A stretch of DNA of 64,000 nucleotides from Neoechinorhynchus agilis (lineage: Eukaryota; Animalia; Acanthocephala), in assembly GCA_051530055.1 (NCBI GenBank), contig CM121341.1:13556784-13620783 (forward strand). Reading direction: 5' to 3'. Each line of letters begins with the position of its first letter. The first letter of the stretch is position 1. The notes below the pieces were generated by a model. That model was not told where the DNA came from. It was given only the letters and a program-made list of their open reading frames with translations, and did not search any database. This document shows positions 9,876 to 23,499 of this stretch, piece by piece. A program made the translations under genes and the position numbers.

Positions 9876-11661
9876 TACCGAAAGACTTAAAACAGAATTT
9901 ACTCTTGGGATCGTTTAGGACCTTAGAGGATGAAGAACCAAAAGTATGGAAAGTCCAGCTTGTATTTTCCACCTTTGATGTATATTTTGCGAAGTGCGCC
10001 AACAAAACAACTGTACTGAGGACGAACAGAAAATCACTAAAGTTAAACAGTTTAACAAGCATCACAAGCTAAACGCTTTCACTACCTCGCATAATCTTGC
10101 TTCATTGAGTTATATTTTTAGAATGGTAAGGAATGATTTTGACTTTTAAAATTTTTGTTACCCTGTTAAAAAAGTGTTGATGCTAAACGTTAGTAATCGT
10201 GATTCATATGTTCCTTTTGGTCTTCTGTTCCGATCAGTTCCTTTTGTGGCACGGTTTGCGATGCCAACTGAAATCGATGACCTGATTAGCTTTGAAGCAC
10301 AGATTGAGGAGCGGCAGATAATCCAATGATTTGTCTCGCGTCACCTTAATCCCTTCAGTAGGATCCATAGAATTCAAGCTCTTCTCAATTCCATCCCGCT
10401 TCGATGTCGCTACTTTAACACGCTTCACATCTCCATGCGCCTTTGTAGATTCCTGGAGAAACCGTCGGCGAAAGTTCGAAAATAAAGATTTTTCTTTATC
10501 CTTACCATTCCGCACAAATGTTCATTTAAAACAAAAACTTGAACCCCGGAAAAAGTGTTAATCCTAATCGTTAGTAATCTTTAATCATATCTTCTTTTTG
10601 ATCTTCTTTTCTGATCATTTCGTTGGATTGTATAGTTCGCGTGTCCATAGATATCTCGAGGCAAATTATGTAATATTTATTATGACAGAGTGCCCACATT
10701 TAAAATTTGAAACCTAACTGCAAATTCATCGCTTTTATAAAGGAAATAAATACTATATACAAGACGCGCGACCATCCGCGGACTTAAAACATCCCATAAA
10801 AACAGCTTCAATGGATTCTTGATGCGCGCCAGTCGCTGCGAAATCACAATACGATAGCTATGTTCTTCAAAGAATCTGAAATATTTATTTTAAACTTTAA
10901 TATTCAGTTTTACAATGATTATCCTTGAAGAAATGCTGATAAATATACAGTTTTCCATCTTTTGATTAAATGTTATCAATAAGAACACGATTGTCATCGA
11001 TGGGGTTTTGCCGTTAAAATTTCTTTAGTTTTTGTCCAAGAATAATTAGTCTGCAAAATTTAAAAATCGAGGAATCGTCCGGGTGAGCCGACGAAAATCA
11101 GTTTGTACATGTTTTTTTGTTAATATTCTTAGAAGGTTAAAAAATTGATAATTGATTTCTGAATTTTGAAATGTGACTCGTTTGCTAAAGATTTGCCGTT
11201 TTAGCGTTGAATAAAAAAATATGAAGGTTTTGAAGTAGTTAATTTACAAAATAAGTTCATATTCTCGTATTAAATTTATTTGAATTGTTATTCAAAATCA
11301 TCGGATTCTGGCAAATTTTATTTTTTTACATTTTTGATGATTTCTCACTTTAAAAGTAGAAATATTATTTGATTGGTCGCATTGAACGGTTCCATCATAC
11401 AAACCTTGTTTAAGATTTTATTAAAAATCTAAGAGATCGTCGTTGAGCCTTGTGGCGTTTTTTTTGTAGTTTAATGGAATAAAGTGATTTTGTAACATAC
11501 CGTCCTGTGTCAGCAGCGTTCTGCTTTAAACAATATAGGTAAGATTCAATTATTAATGTTATCACGAACCACTGATCGAGCTCAGTATATTGAATTTCCG
11601 ATCTTCTGTGCAGCTCACCAACACTTAAATCAAAAACCGTTCTAGATTGGTGTTCCTAATT

Positions 11662-12459
11662 ATGCTGACAACGCCGTGGTCGTCAACGAAACTCGTGACG
11701 CGCGTTTACACTTCAATATCGAAATTAACAAAAGTTCATGACTTTCCAGTCGAAATTCGAAATCGAAATCCAAGGTACGAGCTTTTTTAGATGACTCCAT
11801 ATCAAATATTTCGTATAGAAACTTAGAATTTCTCGGGTTTGCCCACAAACGCCAAGGTTGGCAGCTTCAATGTCCACCCAAAGATTTCTACCACCAGTTA
11901 GTATTTTGGGTCTTTAAATTTTCACTTCGTTTCTTATAGGGCTGTTCTTTGCTCAAGTTCACGGCATACCATTGGTAAAATAGTCCACGCGTCTGGCTAC
12001 GTGGCCGTAAAGGCTTCAACCACAGAGCATTGCATTCGGAAGCATTTAACCAGTACCAAAGACGTTTGCACCGCATTTAACATTGGACGAATACTCGCGT
12101 GGAGAGCACGACGTGCTGGAATAATCAATGTGTGTCATGCAGTGTCGCATTTCCTCAAGCAGTCAGAGCGAATGAATTGGTTTTTTAAAGGACTCGAAAG
12201 CGAGAGCATGAAGTTTTCAGAAGCAGTTTGGATCGAGGGACAATACGACTTTGAAGGAGTTGATTATGACAATGCTGATAATTGGAGCGGTAATGAAAGC
12301 GAATCTGTTGATGGGTTCGCAAAACGAGACATGGATTTGATTGACGTCGAAACAGAATTTTTGAAATCTAGAATGAAGCTGAGGTACAAACAGCAGTCAA
12401 GACCGGACAAGATTAATCCAGCAGGGAAATCAGCCGATGCGGTTTGGATAACGAAATGA
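11662..12459 (+). CDS. MRPL18: Mitochondrial ribosomal protein L18 (uL18m); introns 11775-11818 and 11897-11939
   Basis: Spliced translation RNRNPRNLEFLGFAHKRQGW...VAVKASTTEHCIRKHLTSTKDV..AFNIGRILAWRARRAGI matches uL18m motifs (NPRNLE, ASTxEW.I.K.L.S, IG.VLA.R...AGI). The introns are 44 and 43 nt, both GT-AG. Confidence 0.88.
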
Positions 12460-12527
12460 AAATATGTTTTTGTCATTCTCGATCTAAATTCTAAAGTTTT
12501 CCGTAAAGGTTTTTCAGGAAAATTCCA

Positions 12528-15500
12528 TTTATAATAATAATAACACGTTTTTTATTACATACACAAACAAGCACGGGAACCATGTATCTTAGGATTCGTA
12601 ACTCGGAAGAGCTGCAACTCGCCGCATGTCCAAGTCTCTCCTCCGATTCAGGCCGTAGACTCATGGGTTGATTGTGCGATGGCAAAAAATGATTTTTATA
12701 TAGTGTGGTGCGCGGGAGAGGCGGATTGAATCTGTTCGGGCATCGTGTATTTCGGACGGGTTCCCTTGGCGAGATGAACGGGAGAAATTTAGATGGAAGG
12801 GAACGCAGGGAGGTAATGTATTTATCGAAGATTTTGGAAAGGTGTTCTTCGATTGGTGGGAGGTCCTTGGAGCAGATTTTGGAGGCTCGTTTATTTAGGG
12901 AGGAAAGCAAGCGCAGTTGATGGGTGGATAAATTGCAAAAGGTTGGGTATGCATATGAGATTGCTGGGACCACAACAGACCAATAGAAATGTGCTAGATC
13001 ACGTGGGCTGACTCCGAGGAAACGCAAGCGTTTGATTAAATGCAATTTAGCAGTGGCTTTTGCTACGACGCCATTAATGTGCATGTCCCATTTGAGGTTG
13101 TGTTGGAAGATTGGGCCCAGAATGTGAAGCGATGTGACGCGTTGGATATCGAGAGGGAGCGGTGGAATATCAGTCCTAGGTTTTTTAAGCGACGGAATAA
13201 GTTCAAATGATTTGGAGAAATTAATTGAGAGTTGATGGGTACGTGAGACTGAGCGAGAGCGATGGAGGAGCATGGGTTATAATGGTTAGGCCGTCCGCAT
13301 AAAAGAAATATTTAGCGGACGTTGAGAGGGGTGTAAGGTCGTTGAGGAGGATATCGAAAAGTAAGGGCGATAGTACTGCTCCTTGTTGCACACTGCAATG
13401 TATGGGAAGCTTCGTTGAGCAGGTATTGCCGCATTGAAAATATTGCGACCGGTTCGCGAGGAAAGAAGTGAGCCAGCTTATTTGCCAGGGTAAGAAGCCA
13501 AACTTCTCGCATGCCATAACGAGAAGATCGTGATCTACAGAGTCAAAGGCCTTGGCAAGATACACCTGGATGAGCGACAAACGAAAGACGGTTCTTGGTC
13601 AAGATTGCACAGAATCGAATCGTAAATGCCCAAGAGGGCGCCGGTACAACAGAATCCTGGTCGGAAGCCGAATTTGTCAGACGAAATGTTTTGTAAAAAG
13701 ATGGGGAGGATGCGAGTTTTGAAACATTTTTCAATAATTTTAGAAAACGGCGAGAGTAGAGATATAGGGCGAAAGGAAGTCAGAGAAACGGGTTTCCTCG
13801 CCTTAGGGATAGGAATGACGCGAGCAGTCTTCAGGCAATCTGGAAAAATCCCCGTTTCAAAGCTAGAATTGATGATATGAGCTAGAGGCTCAAAGATCAA
13901 GGAAATGATGATGCGAATGGCCCAGATGGGAATCGGAGCGTTAGGGGATGATGTACGTGGTAGTTTTTTGAGGAGTAGGAGAACCTCAAGAGAGGAGACG
14001 CGTGAATGAGGAACGCAGGTCATATGGTTGCGATCGTCGCAGGGGCGTACGACGCTTGTGTCAGTGGAAGATTTGGGAGGGCACATGGTAGCGTTCATGG
14101 AGTTGAGGGTGTTTTCGAGCTGACATTTATGCAGATTGGCGAAAGGCTGAGATCTGTGAAGGCCTATGGCATTTTTGATCTCGCTCCACCAGGAACGATT
14201 AGGGGATGGCGGTAGTTTGGAAAAAATAAGGGTTTTGCCAGCGTGAAGAAGACGCTCAGTGAATCTCTTGTGGAGTTCTGGGTAATCGGGATGTCGGGAA
14301 TGAAATGATTTTTTCACCTAGTCTTGCAGTGATTTTAGTAAAGGTGAAAACCATGGTGGATCACGATTCGACATACGAATCATTTTCCGAGTGAAAGACA
14401 GTATTTTGCAATGCCGCCATGGTTTTAGACGGGTCGTTGCTGTATATAGAACTTCAGATTCCGGGTAGGGCATCACTTACCTTGTTGAAGAAGGAGCGAG
14501 AGTGATGCTCACGTTTATCCCAGACCGGGAAAGGGTCGGAGGATTGTCGTTTCGGAGGAACAAATAGTCTAAGGAGGATGGTGCAGTGATCCGAGGTCGC
14601 GACGGGTGGGAGTTGAATGGGAGCGGAATATTTGGCTATATTGGTAAAGATTTTATCTAGTTTGGATGAACCACGCGAGGGGAAGTTTACTAGTTGTAAG
14701 AGATCAGAGAGTGACGGTGGAGCAGGGAGACGGTTGAAGTCTCCTAGAATCATGAAGTGTTGAGAATTTAACGATAGTTTGTCATTAATTAAGGTATCGA
14801 TTTGTTCAGATGTTGCGGTGGGAGTTGAGGCAGGGGGACGATAAACACCGGCGACGGTCATTTCACGGCTGCCGTTACGAAGAGAGAGAGAGTTGAAGGT
14901 GAACCCATTCGAGATGTTCTGATATAAAATAGTGACGGGTGGAGATGTTGTATGGTAAGGAGGACTTCAAGTAAATAGAGACGCCTCCTCCAGAACGATC
15001 ATCTCTAGTTAGGTGAAATGAGGAGAATCCGGGGATGATGGCAGTGTTCTTATTAAATTGGGAGCCAGGTTTCCGTAATGACGAGAATGTCGGCTTTGGT
15101 GGCCGTAGCGACTATGGACAGCTCGTCGAGTTTTGGTAGGATGCTACGAATATTGGTGTATATGATTGTCGGGAACGGCTGTTTAAGTGGGGTGCTCAGC
15201 AAGGAAATGGGTTGGGCGGGCGAGGTGGGTGCAAAATCGGGTGGCGTTGTGGTTGACTGTTCATTTAGGGTGAAAGTGGATTGTTCAAGGCTGACCGAAA
15301 TTTTTTGGGTTTGCCCACCGACAGAGTGAAAGTGAGTTAAGTTAGGTATGGCTGCGGTGTCTTTGTTTTAGTAACTGAGCTGGGTTTCTGTGGTGACCAG
15401 TATGTCTGAGGTGTGACGATTTTCTGATAAGGGATGGAAAACAGTTGTATGTCTAATTTCTGCCAAGGAACGGCGGATTCCTTTGGAGGTATCCAAAAAT

Positions 15501-16660
15501 TTACGGCAGGAGAAGGCGTGTGTTGAACGGACGATAACTTATTGACTGTCGGGCTGGAAATATCCGGTAAGGGAGGGGTGATTTTAGTAAAAGAAAGCGT
15601 TTAGAGATGTCGGCAGAGGCAGTGTCACGAAGGTGAAAGCTAACTTTTAGAAGGCGTGGACGAGAGTCAGATGGATTATTTGATGGGATGCGGTAAACAG
15701 ATAGGAAATTCAGGAAGAGATCGTGGGATGGATTATATTTATTATGTTTGTGTTGGGCGTGGCCAGGGAGAAGGCCAGATGTGTTAGGAACAGCCCTCGA
15801 TTTGTTAGGCTGACGATTTTGTGGTGCGCCAGAAGATTTCGGTGAGGGAGGTGTTATCTCCGGTAAAATATGCTGAGAGGGAGGCTGAAGGGTAGACTTG
15901 ATTGAGAAACGAGCGTAGTCTTGAAGAGAAAGAATTCGACGAGCGGGATAAGGAGCTGCGCGGAGGGTGGATGTGAGGGAGGTAATATGAGTCTGAACCG
16001 GAGGTTTGAGAATCGGGATTAAGTTAGGTCTAGGACCCAGAGACGATTTATCATTTCCGGATGTGGTTGACATGTTTGGGTTGTCACAAGATAGTTGGGT
16101 GATTATCCTTCATGGTTTTCGGGCGTCGGTGGAGTTTTACGTAGCGAAAGAAGTTGGGAAGTTGGTTACTTTTTTGAGGTTTTAAGACTTGAAAGATACT
16201 TTAGTGTATTCGTTGAGAGCGAAGGTTAATGCTAGGAAGATTATGTCTGGGTTAATTTTGGAGGGGTGTTGGTGGAAACATGCGATGATGTTTTTTATGT
16301 GGGTAGATTCGAAAAGGAAGTTGAGAAGTAAGAAGTTTGTATCTCCTGTTAAATAAGAGCGATGCTATGAGTGCTGAGTTGAAAGTTACTTTAAGAAGAC
16401 ATGGACATGGATTAATGGAATTATTGAAAAAAAAGTGCACGACAGTTGTTGGGAAGGAAATGCATAATGCAAGTCGGGGAAAATGAGTTGAGTGATACGA
16501 TGAATATTGTGACGGTGATGTGCATCAGAGACCAAGTGGTCGGCAACAGGGGTTTTCGGTATACCAGTAATAAAAATGGTGCGGTCGCATTCAGATCGGC
16601 GAGGGATGATAGGCGAAAAGGGCGGAGAATGCGTCGTAGGGTTGATTACATGCGTTAGTA
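12528..16660 (-). mobile_element. Near full-length, frameshifted non-LTR retrotransposon of the L2/CR1 group (ORF1-like region, APE endonuclease, RT)
   Basis: APE motifs VAGVYRPP, ILGDFN, LDKIFTN, SDH (14454-14861). RT motifs FRPISLL, FGFRPG, AFDSVDH, QGAVLSPLLF, YADG, LKWDMHIN. Several frame switches. AATAAA followed by a (TTA)4 tail at the 3' end. The 5' boundary is approximate. Confidence 0.9.
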
Positions 16661-17695
16661 TTGAGATCTACTTCACATTCATAAAGTAATTTGCTCTTCC
16701 TTTTGTTCTTCTTTCTGTTCGTTTTGGTGCTTCTTCGACCTTTTGCTCAACCGCAACCATCTTAGTATTTACTGGGGTTGAATCGCTTTTCCTATCGCTA
16801 CCTTTTATTAAAGTCTTAGTATCGTACCCCTTCACAGTGATTTTAAAATCAACACGTGATCTTGTTTGTCATTTTGATCTTGGTCTTAGCGTTGTTTAAG
16901 TGTTCAATACACGATGAAGTAGTGATAATTAATAACGGTGACTCGATGATACCATAGAGCATCTTGGGCCCAAATGCAATGAAAAAACCAAATTCAAATA
17001 AAATCGAATGGCGTAAGTAAAACTGCACAATGTTTTCCAGCGTTATTGACAAACATTCACTAAAATTCTCACTTAACCAAAAAATTTAGCTGATTTGCAC
17101 ATAGTCCAATCTTTAGTAGAACTTTGTTTAAATTTATTAGATTAAAGAACTACTTCAATATGTAATTATTAAAATTAGAGAAACAGGATTAAGATTTCCG
17201 TGCATGTTTTCTTGAAAAGAAACGGTGAAACAATGCCGAGATTAACGAGTGTACCCTACAAAATAATGAGATTATTTTCCACGAAATAAAGGGAACATAA
17301 GACAACTCACATAGAATGATTTTCAATTTTTGCATAATGAACGGAACCACCGCACAAATTTCATTAGTTCTGATAAACTTAATTTTTCTTTTTATTTGAA
17401 ACTATAAGAAATCGTTTTATTTAATGAGGCACAAAGCTCAATCAACAGAATGCATAATCAGATGATTCTTATACGCAAAGCCAGTCTTCGTAAGTTCATT
17501 TATTTTCAGCGAATTAAACACCGATTAATATTTTGCGCTATTAAAAGAGAAACAGAGTGTGAATTCTTTAATGAGATACGAATTAAAAACTTTTTTCTAC
17601 TATAAATGAGAAGAATCCAATTTTTAATTACATAACCAATAAGATTAGTAGGCTTAAATCATTTCATTAAAACAACAACATATTTCGCCGAATTA

Positions 17696-18108
17696 CTACT
17701 TAAAATAAAAATTTATGGCTTTTTGTGAAATCAAAGTGTTTAGTGCGAGTTTTGAATGAAGGATAACAATATCCTTACGGAAAATATCGCACTGACAAAA
17801 GTGGAAAAACTTTTTTTCGTTATTTGACGTTTTAAATCTTGAATTAAAAATCTGGACATTTTTGAGCAACCAACTCGCTTCAAACGATAACACCAATCAT
17901 ACAAATACTTACATTTTCGTATATTGAACATGACAGGAGAGCGATTTTTTGACGTCTCCTTGATGTACTTTCTAATATGCGCTATATCTCCGAAAGAGTA
18001 TGAAGTGTGAACAAATATTCGGGCGTAGAATTCACATTCCTGTGTCGCTCCCACGATATTCCGGTGTTTTTCCGCTTTATAGCGATTTTGTCTCTGGGAT
18101 AGTCTCAT
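17696..18108 (-). CDS. Putative spliced orphan gene, head-to-head with PP1; may continue toward 16.8 kb
   Basis: ATG at 18108. A strong donor (AAAT|GTAAGT) and a 35-nt GT-AG intron join the first ORF in frame to the 17696-17896 ORF. No recognisable domain. Confidence 0.35.
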
Positions 18109-18157
18109 ATCCTTAACTTTACTGATTTGTATTTCCCCGTCACCCCCAAGAATATAA

Positions 18158-19779
<1,622 letters not shown>

Positions 19780-21199
19780 CGAGGCGACCTGTCTGTGTGC
19801 AAGGGTACTGCTCCACCACAAAAACACTTATCGTCTCAAACATAAGCACCACCTATTCATGCGCACGCACACACATAAAAAACATGAAACGGACAAGAGA
19901 TCTAATGAACGCCAGTAGAAAACACGAATTTTTATTAAACGTGCGTCTCGTTTCGATACAAAACACGATCCTAATATAGGTGGCGGGCAGATTTTCTTTT
20001 TTTGAATTTTTGGAAAATATGTAATTTTTTGGGATGTCATGCCCGTTGGAATATGCTCACCAAATCCCGAACGATTTTCTATCTATGGTTTTAAAAGTTC
20101 TTCAGTTCCGATGAGAACACTCAGGGAGTCAACCTTTTTGAACATTATGCGGTAATTTGGAAAATTCGCACAGAATCCAAATTTTATGTTAAAAATAAAT
20201 TTTTCTATTCGCGGAACTTTGTTGTTTTCGTCTTTTTCTGACATACTAAATTGTCTATGCAACGCATATTAAAATAAGCCAAACTCTCAGTTTTTGATGA
20301 TATGAAAATTTTTTGTAAAAGGGTTCCTTAATTGCAACTATATCTGAAATAATATTTAAAATCCCACATGGACAAAAATGAAACATTTCTTTACCTACCT
20401 GACCGCATGACGAATTTTAATCAGTCTGAATCCATTGCTTCACATAGCTAGCAGAAAAGTAGGGATGCAAGCGGTCGAGATTTTATGAAGTTCACAATTG
20501 TAATCACATGATAATCCAGAACAGACATCAAATTTTACGGCAAAGATTTGAAGGTAAGCGCTTCATTATTGATCATACAGTGAACTAATACATTTGGATT
20601 TTCTTGACGCATGAGAATGACGAATCCATTTCCTTGCATCTGAGGTTAGTGCAAACGCTGACACAGTTTTTTCACTGCAGTTTTAAGAGCAAAATGTTTT
20701 CGTTAACCACATTGAAAATATCTTCGCCTTTGGTCTAATTTTGTAAGACTTTACAAAATAAGAATGGACACGTTTTCATTCTTTAGGAAACGAATAAAAG
20801 CTAGCAGTTTGGCTTTCTCGTGGCGTTCAACATCTCGTGGTGCCGGAATCTTACAAACAATCAAAACGTTTATCTACCCTACTACCACAATTTTACCCCC
20901 AATTCCTTTCGCTGCAAAATCCTCTCGGATATCATGGTCCGAAATGAACCAACCCAATCTTTCGTAATCCCAATTCATTCCATCCTTCCCAAAACTTCGC
21001 TCTTCCCTCTGATCCTTTTTCCATACGGGCCAATCTTCTCTTATATCATAACCCGAAATGAACCGGAGAAAAGGCCCAAGCTCTCCTGTACACAATAACC
21101 GTCAATCCCCACCCGAACAAAGCTTTTAAACCGACCGAACCCATAATCTACACCAAAATCAACAACCGCATTTATTGAACAAATCTGAACCCGAGTTTT

Positions 21200-22170
21200 C
21201 ATGAGGATCCAAAGGTACATGGGTTTTATTCTTTGTTAACTAACAGATAAACGTCTTATTATAACGTCGGGGGATTCATCAACGTAAAGAGACCACTTCT
21301 TCGTTAGACCCCCAAAGTGTTCGCAGATTGGATCCTGTAGAAATAACGATAAGTCTTCAACTCGGCGCTTTTTAGCGGCATTTGCTAAAGCACCATGAAA
21401 ATGCAGACGGGGGAATTATTTTGATTGCTTTTAAACTGATTGCAGGATGTTGCTGATTGAAATCAAAAACACATCCAGGTGTTTTCTACGGATCGTCTTC
21501 AGTTGACGAACCGAATAAGAGCTAACAGCTGGGTTTTGCCGCTAATGTCTGTGGATTCACCAATTGAAGAGACCAAACAGAGACAATTCAACGTCAAGTA
21601 TGCCAAAGTGCTCGCAGATTCAATCTTGTAAATCCAAGGAAGCTTCAACAGCTATTGCTAAAATTTGTGCAATGACTGATTCAGCCTCTTTATGTGATTA
21701 TCTTGCGTTTTGCTAACAACTGAATAACCCTATAACTTGCAATCAATCGCTTTTCTGACAGCTTTAGATAGATCATAAGTGTCTTAGCTTGTTTATTTTG
21801 TTGAGCTCTGATGATTTCGAAGTATTCCTTAGGTTGTTCTTTTGTTGCTGAATGTTTTATTTCCAAGTGTCTCTTCAAGTTGCTTGGAACAAGCGCGTCA
21901 TTCGACAGATCTGAATTGAAAATCAGATAAAATAATAATAATAATGGAACATCTATACATTTCGCACGGTTTAAATCACATCCGATGTAATTTTCTTTGT
22001 ACCTTGGTTTTGTTCCTTCCTTTTCATTTAGCTCTTTCGCAGTTTCATTCTTGCTAACGTACTTATGTTTGAAGATTGAATTATTCATATAGGTTGTTTT
22101 TTGGCGTAGAAATAAAATGATTTTATTTTTAAAATCCAATATTTCGGCACAATCTTGTGCCTTTATCAAG
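21200..22170 (-). mobile_element. hAT (Buster/ZBED5-like) transposase remnant
   Basis: ALVPSNLKRHLEIKH...EYF...ASYRVIQLLAKRK is typical of ZBED5/FAM200-type transposases. Stops follow downstream. Segment 22071-22170 is repeated at 39960-40047. Boundaries are approximate. Confidence 0.7.
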
Positions 22171-22424
22171 GTATAAAAATTACGTGGGGATGGATCAATA
22201 TTCACTGTTCTAAGATTGAGCCTAAAGTCCGCCTTATTCCCTTTAACCGTTTTCACCTGGCAGATGAATATGGCCTCCAAAATTACACGATCACATTTTG
22301 TTTCACTGCGTGCCAAAATGATGGCGTTGTCAATGTCCATGACGTGGCCTAGTATTCTTTTTCATTTGTTTACTTCATTTCTTGTGTAAACTTTAATCAT
22401 AAATGTCTTGAAATCATTCACACC

Positions 22425-22560
22425 ACCGCTCTGGATCACTCAGCTGCCGTCCTGGTGCAACGGTCGAAAGGACGGATGCAGCGTTCCCTCGTTGCACAGC
22501 CGGACTTATGTTTTGTAGGAGGAATGCTCCTGCCCTCTGATCACCAGTGATTCGTCTCAA
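22425..22560 (-). mobile_element. 3' tip of a CRE-like RLE retrotransposon
   Basis: The reverse complement matches 56090-56195 (GCAGGAGCATTCCTCCTACAAAA...CCAGGACGGCA...GTGATCCAGAGCGG). Confidence 0.7.
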
Positions 22561-23039
22561 TGGTCAATAAGTACATGCTCGGTCTAAGTCCGTTGCTGGA
22601 ACGATGTTTTTGGAAATGAATAACGCTCATTAATAATTTGTTATTCGCGTAGCGTTCTGAAGACCTTATTGAATCTCAAATATTTGTAGAAACTTCCGCG
22701 GCACACAGTTTGAGAAACACTTGTTCAATCGATGATCCCGTCAATAAACACTATTCGTTAAAAGTGGCCAAGAATTCAATATGGCAAAATGTAAAATTTT
22801 AGGAATAAAGAGTATAAAATAGTTTTTCCTAAAAAATCAATAGTTAATAATAACACATTTTGATTTTTTGACTCACAAAGAAGCGGACCCACGTACATTG
22901 GGGTCCTCATAAACACTCCAGTTCTGATTGAAAAATGAAACGGGCTATTGAATTTGGGGTGGATTACGAGTCCGGGCTTGTGGCAAGGTGTTTATTGCTT
23001 GCAGGAGAGCTTGTAAGGTTTGTCTTTCCTCCGATTCAT

Positions 23040-23290
23040 TTCAGGTTATGATATCCGAGAAGATTGAGCAGTGCTGAAAAAGGAGCGTAGATGTAGGGAG
23101 GCGCGAAGTATTGGAGGGTGAAACGAATTAGTATTACGAGTGGTGTGCTCATGTGAAAAGGAGGCGATATGTGAAAGAAATTGTGGTGGTAGGGTTGAGA
23201 GGCGTTTTGATTGTTTAATGAAAATAGCATCAAGGCATTCGGTGAGAGGGGGAAAGTAAGTTGTTCAAATTTTAGTTTAATGTCTCGAGA
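23040..23290 (-). mobile_element. 3' fragment of an L2/CR1-group LINE
   Basis: GGTTGAGAGGCGTTTTGATTGTTT...GGTGAG.GGGGGAA is shared with the LINE remnant at 54.8 kb, and both show the same G-rich plus-strand skew. Confidence 0.55.
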
Positions 23291-23499
23291 TTTTTATGGA
23301 AATTTTTTGTTGTTGTTTCTTAAAAGTACATTATCCCATCCATTAAAAGGCACTTTCAAGTACACCCATTAATAAACGAGCTGTACAAATTGGAACGAAT
23401 GATTCAAAATACACGTAATGCTCATGTACCAAATTAAAACCTAGTCAGTTACAAATAAGTATTTTGGCATTTTTTCGACGAGAAAAAATCATTAGCGTT

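Noticed and set aside
20764-21200. C-rich tract with a short direct repeat (about 20919 and 21032) and small ORFs
   Set aside because: Low complexity, probably LINE 5' debris; no motif supports a call.
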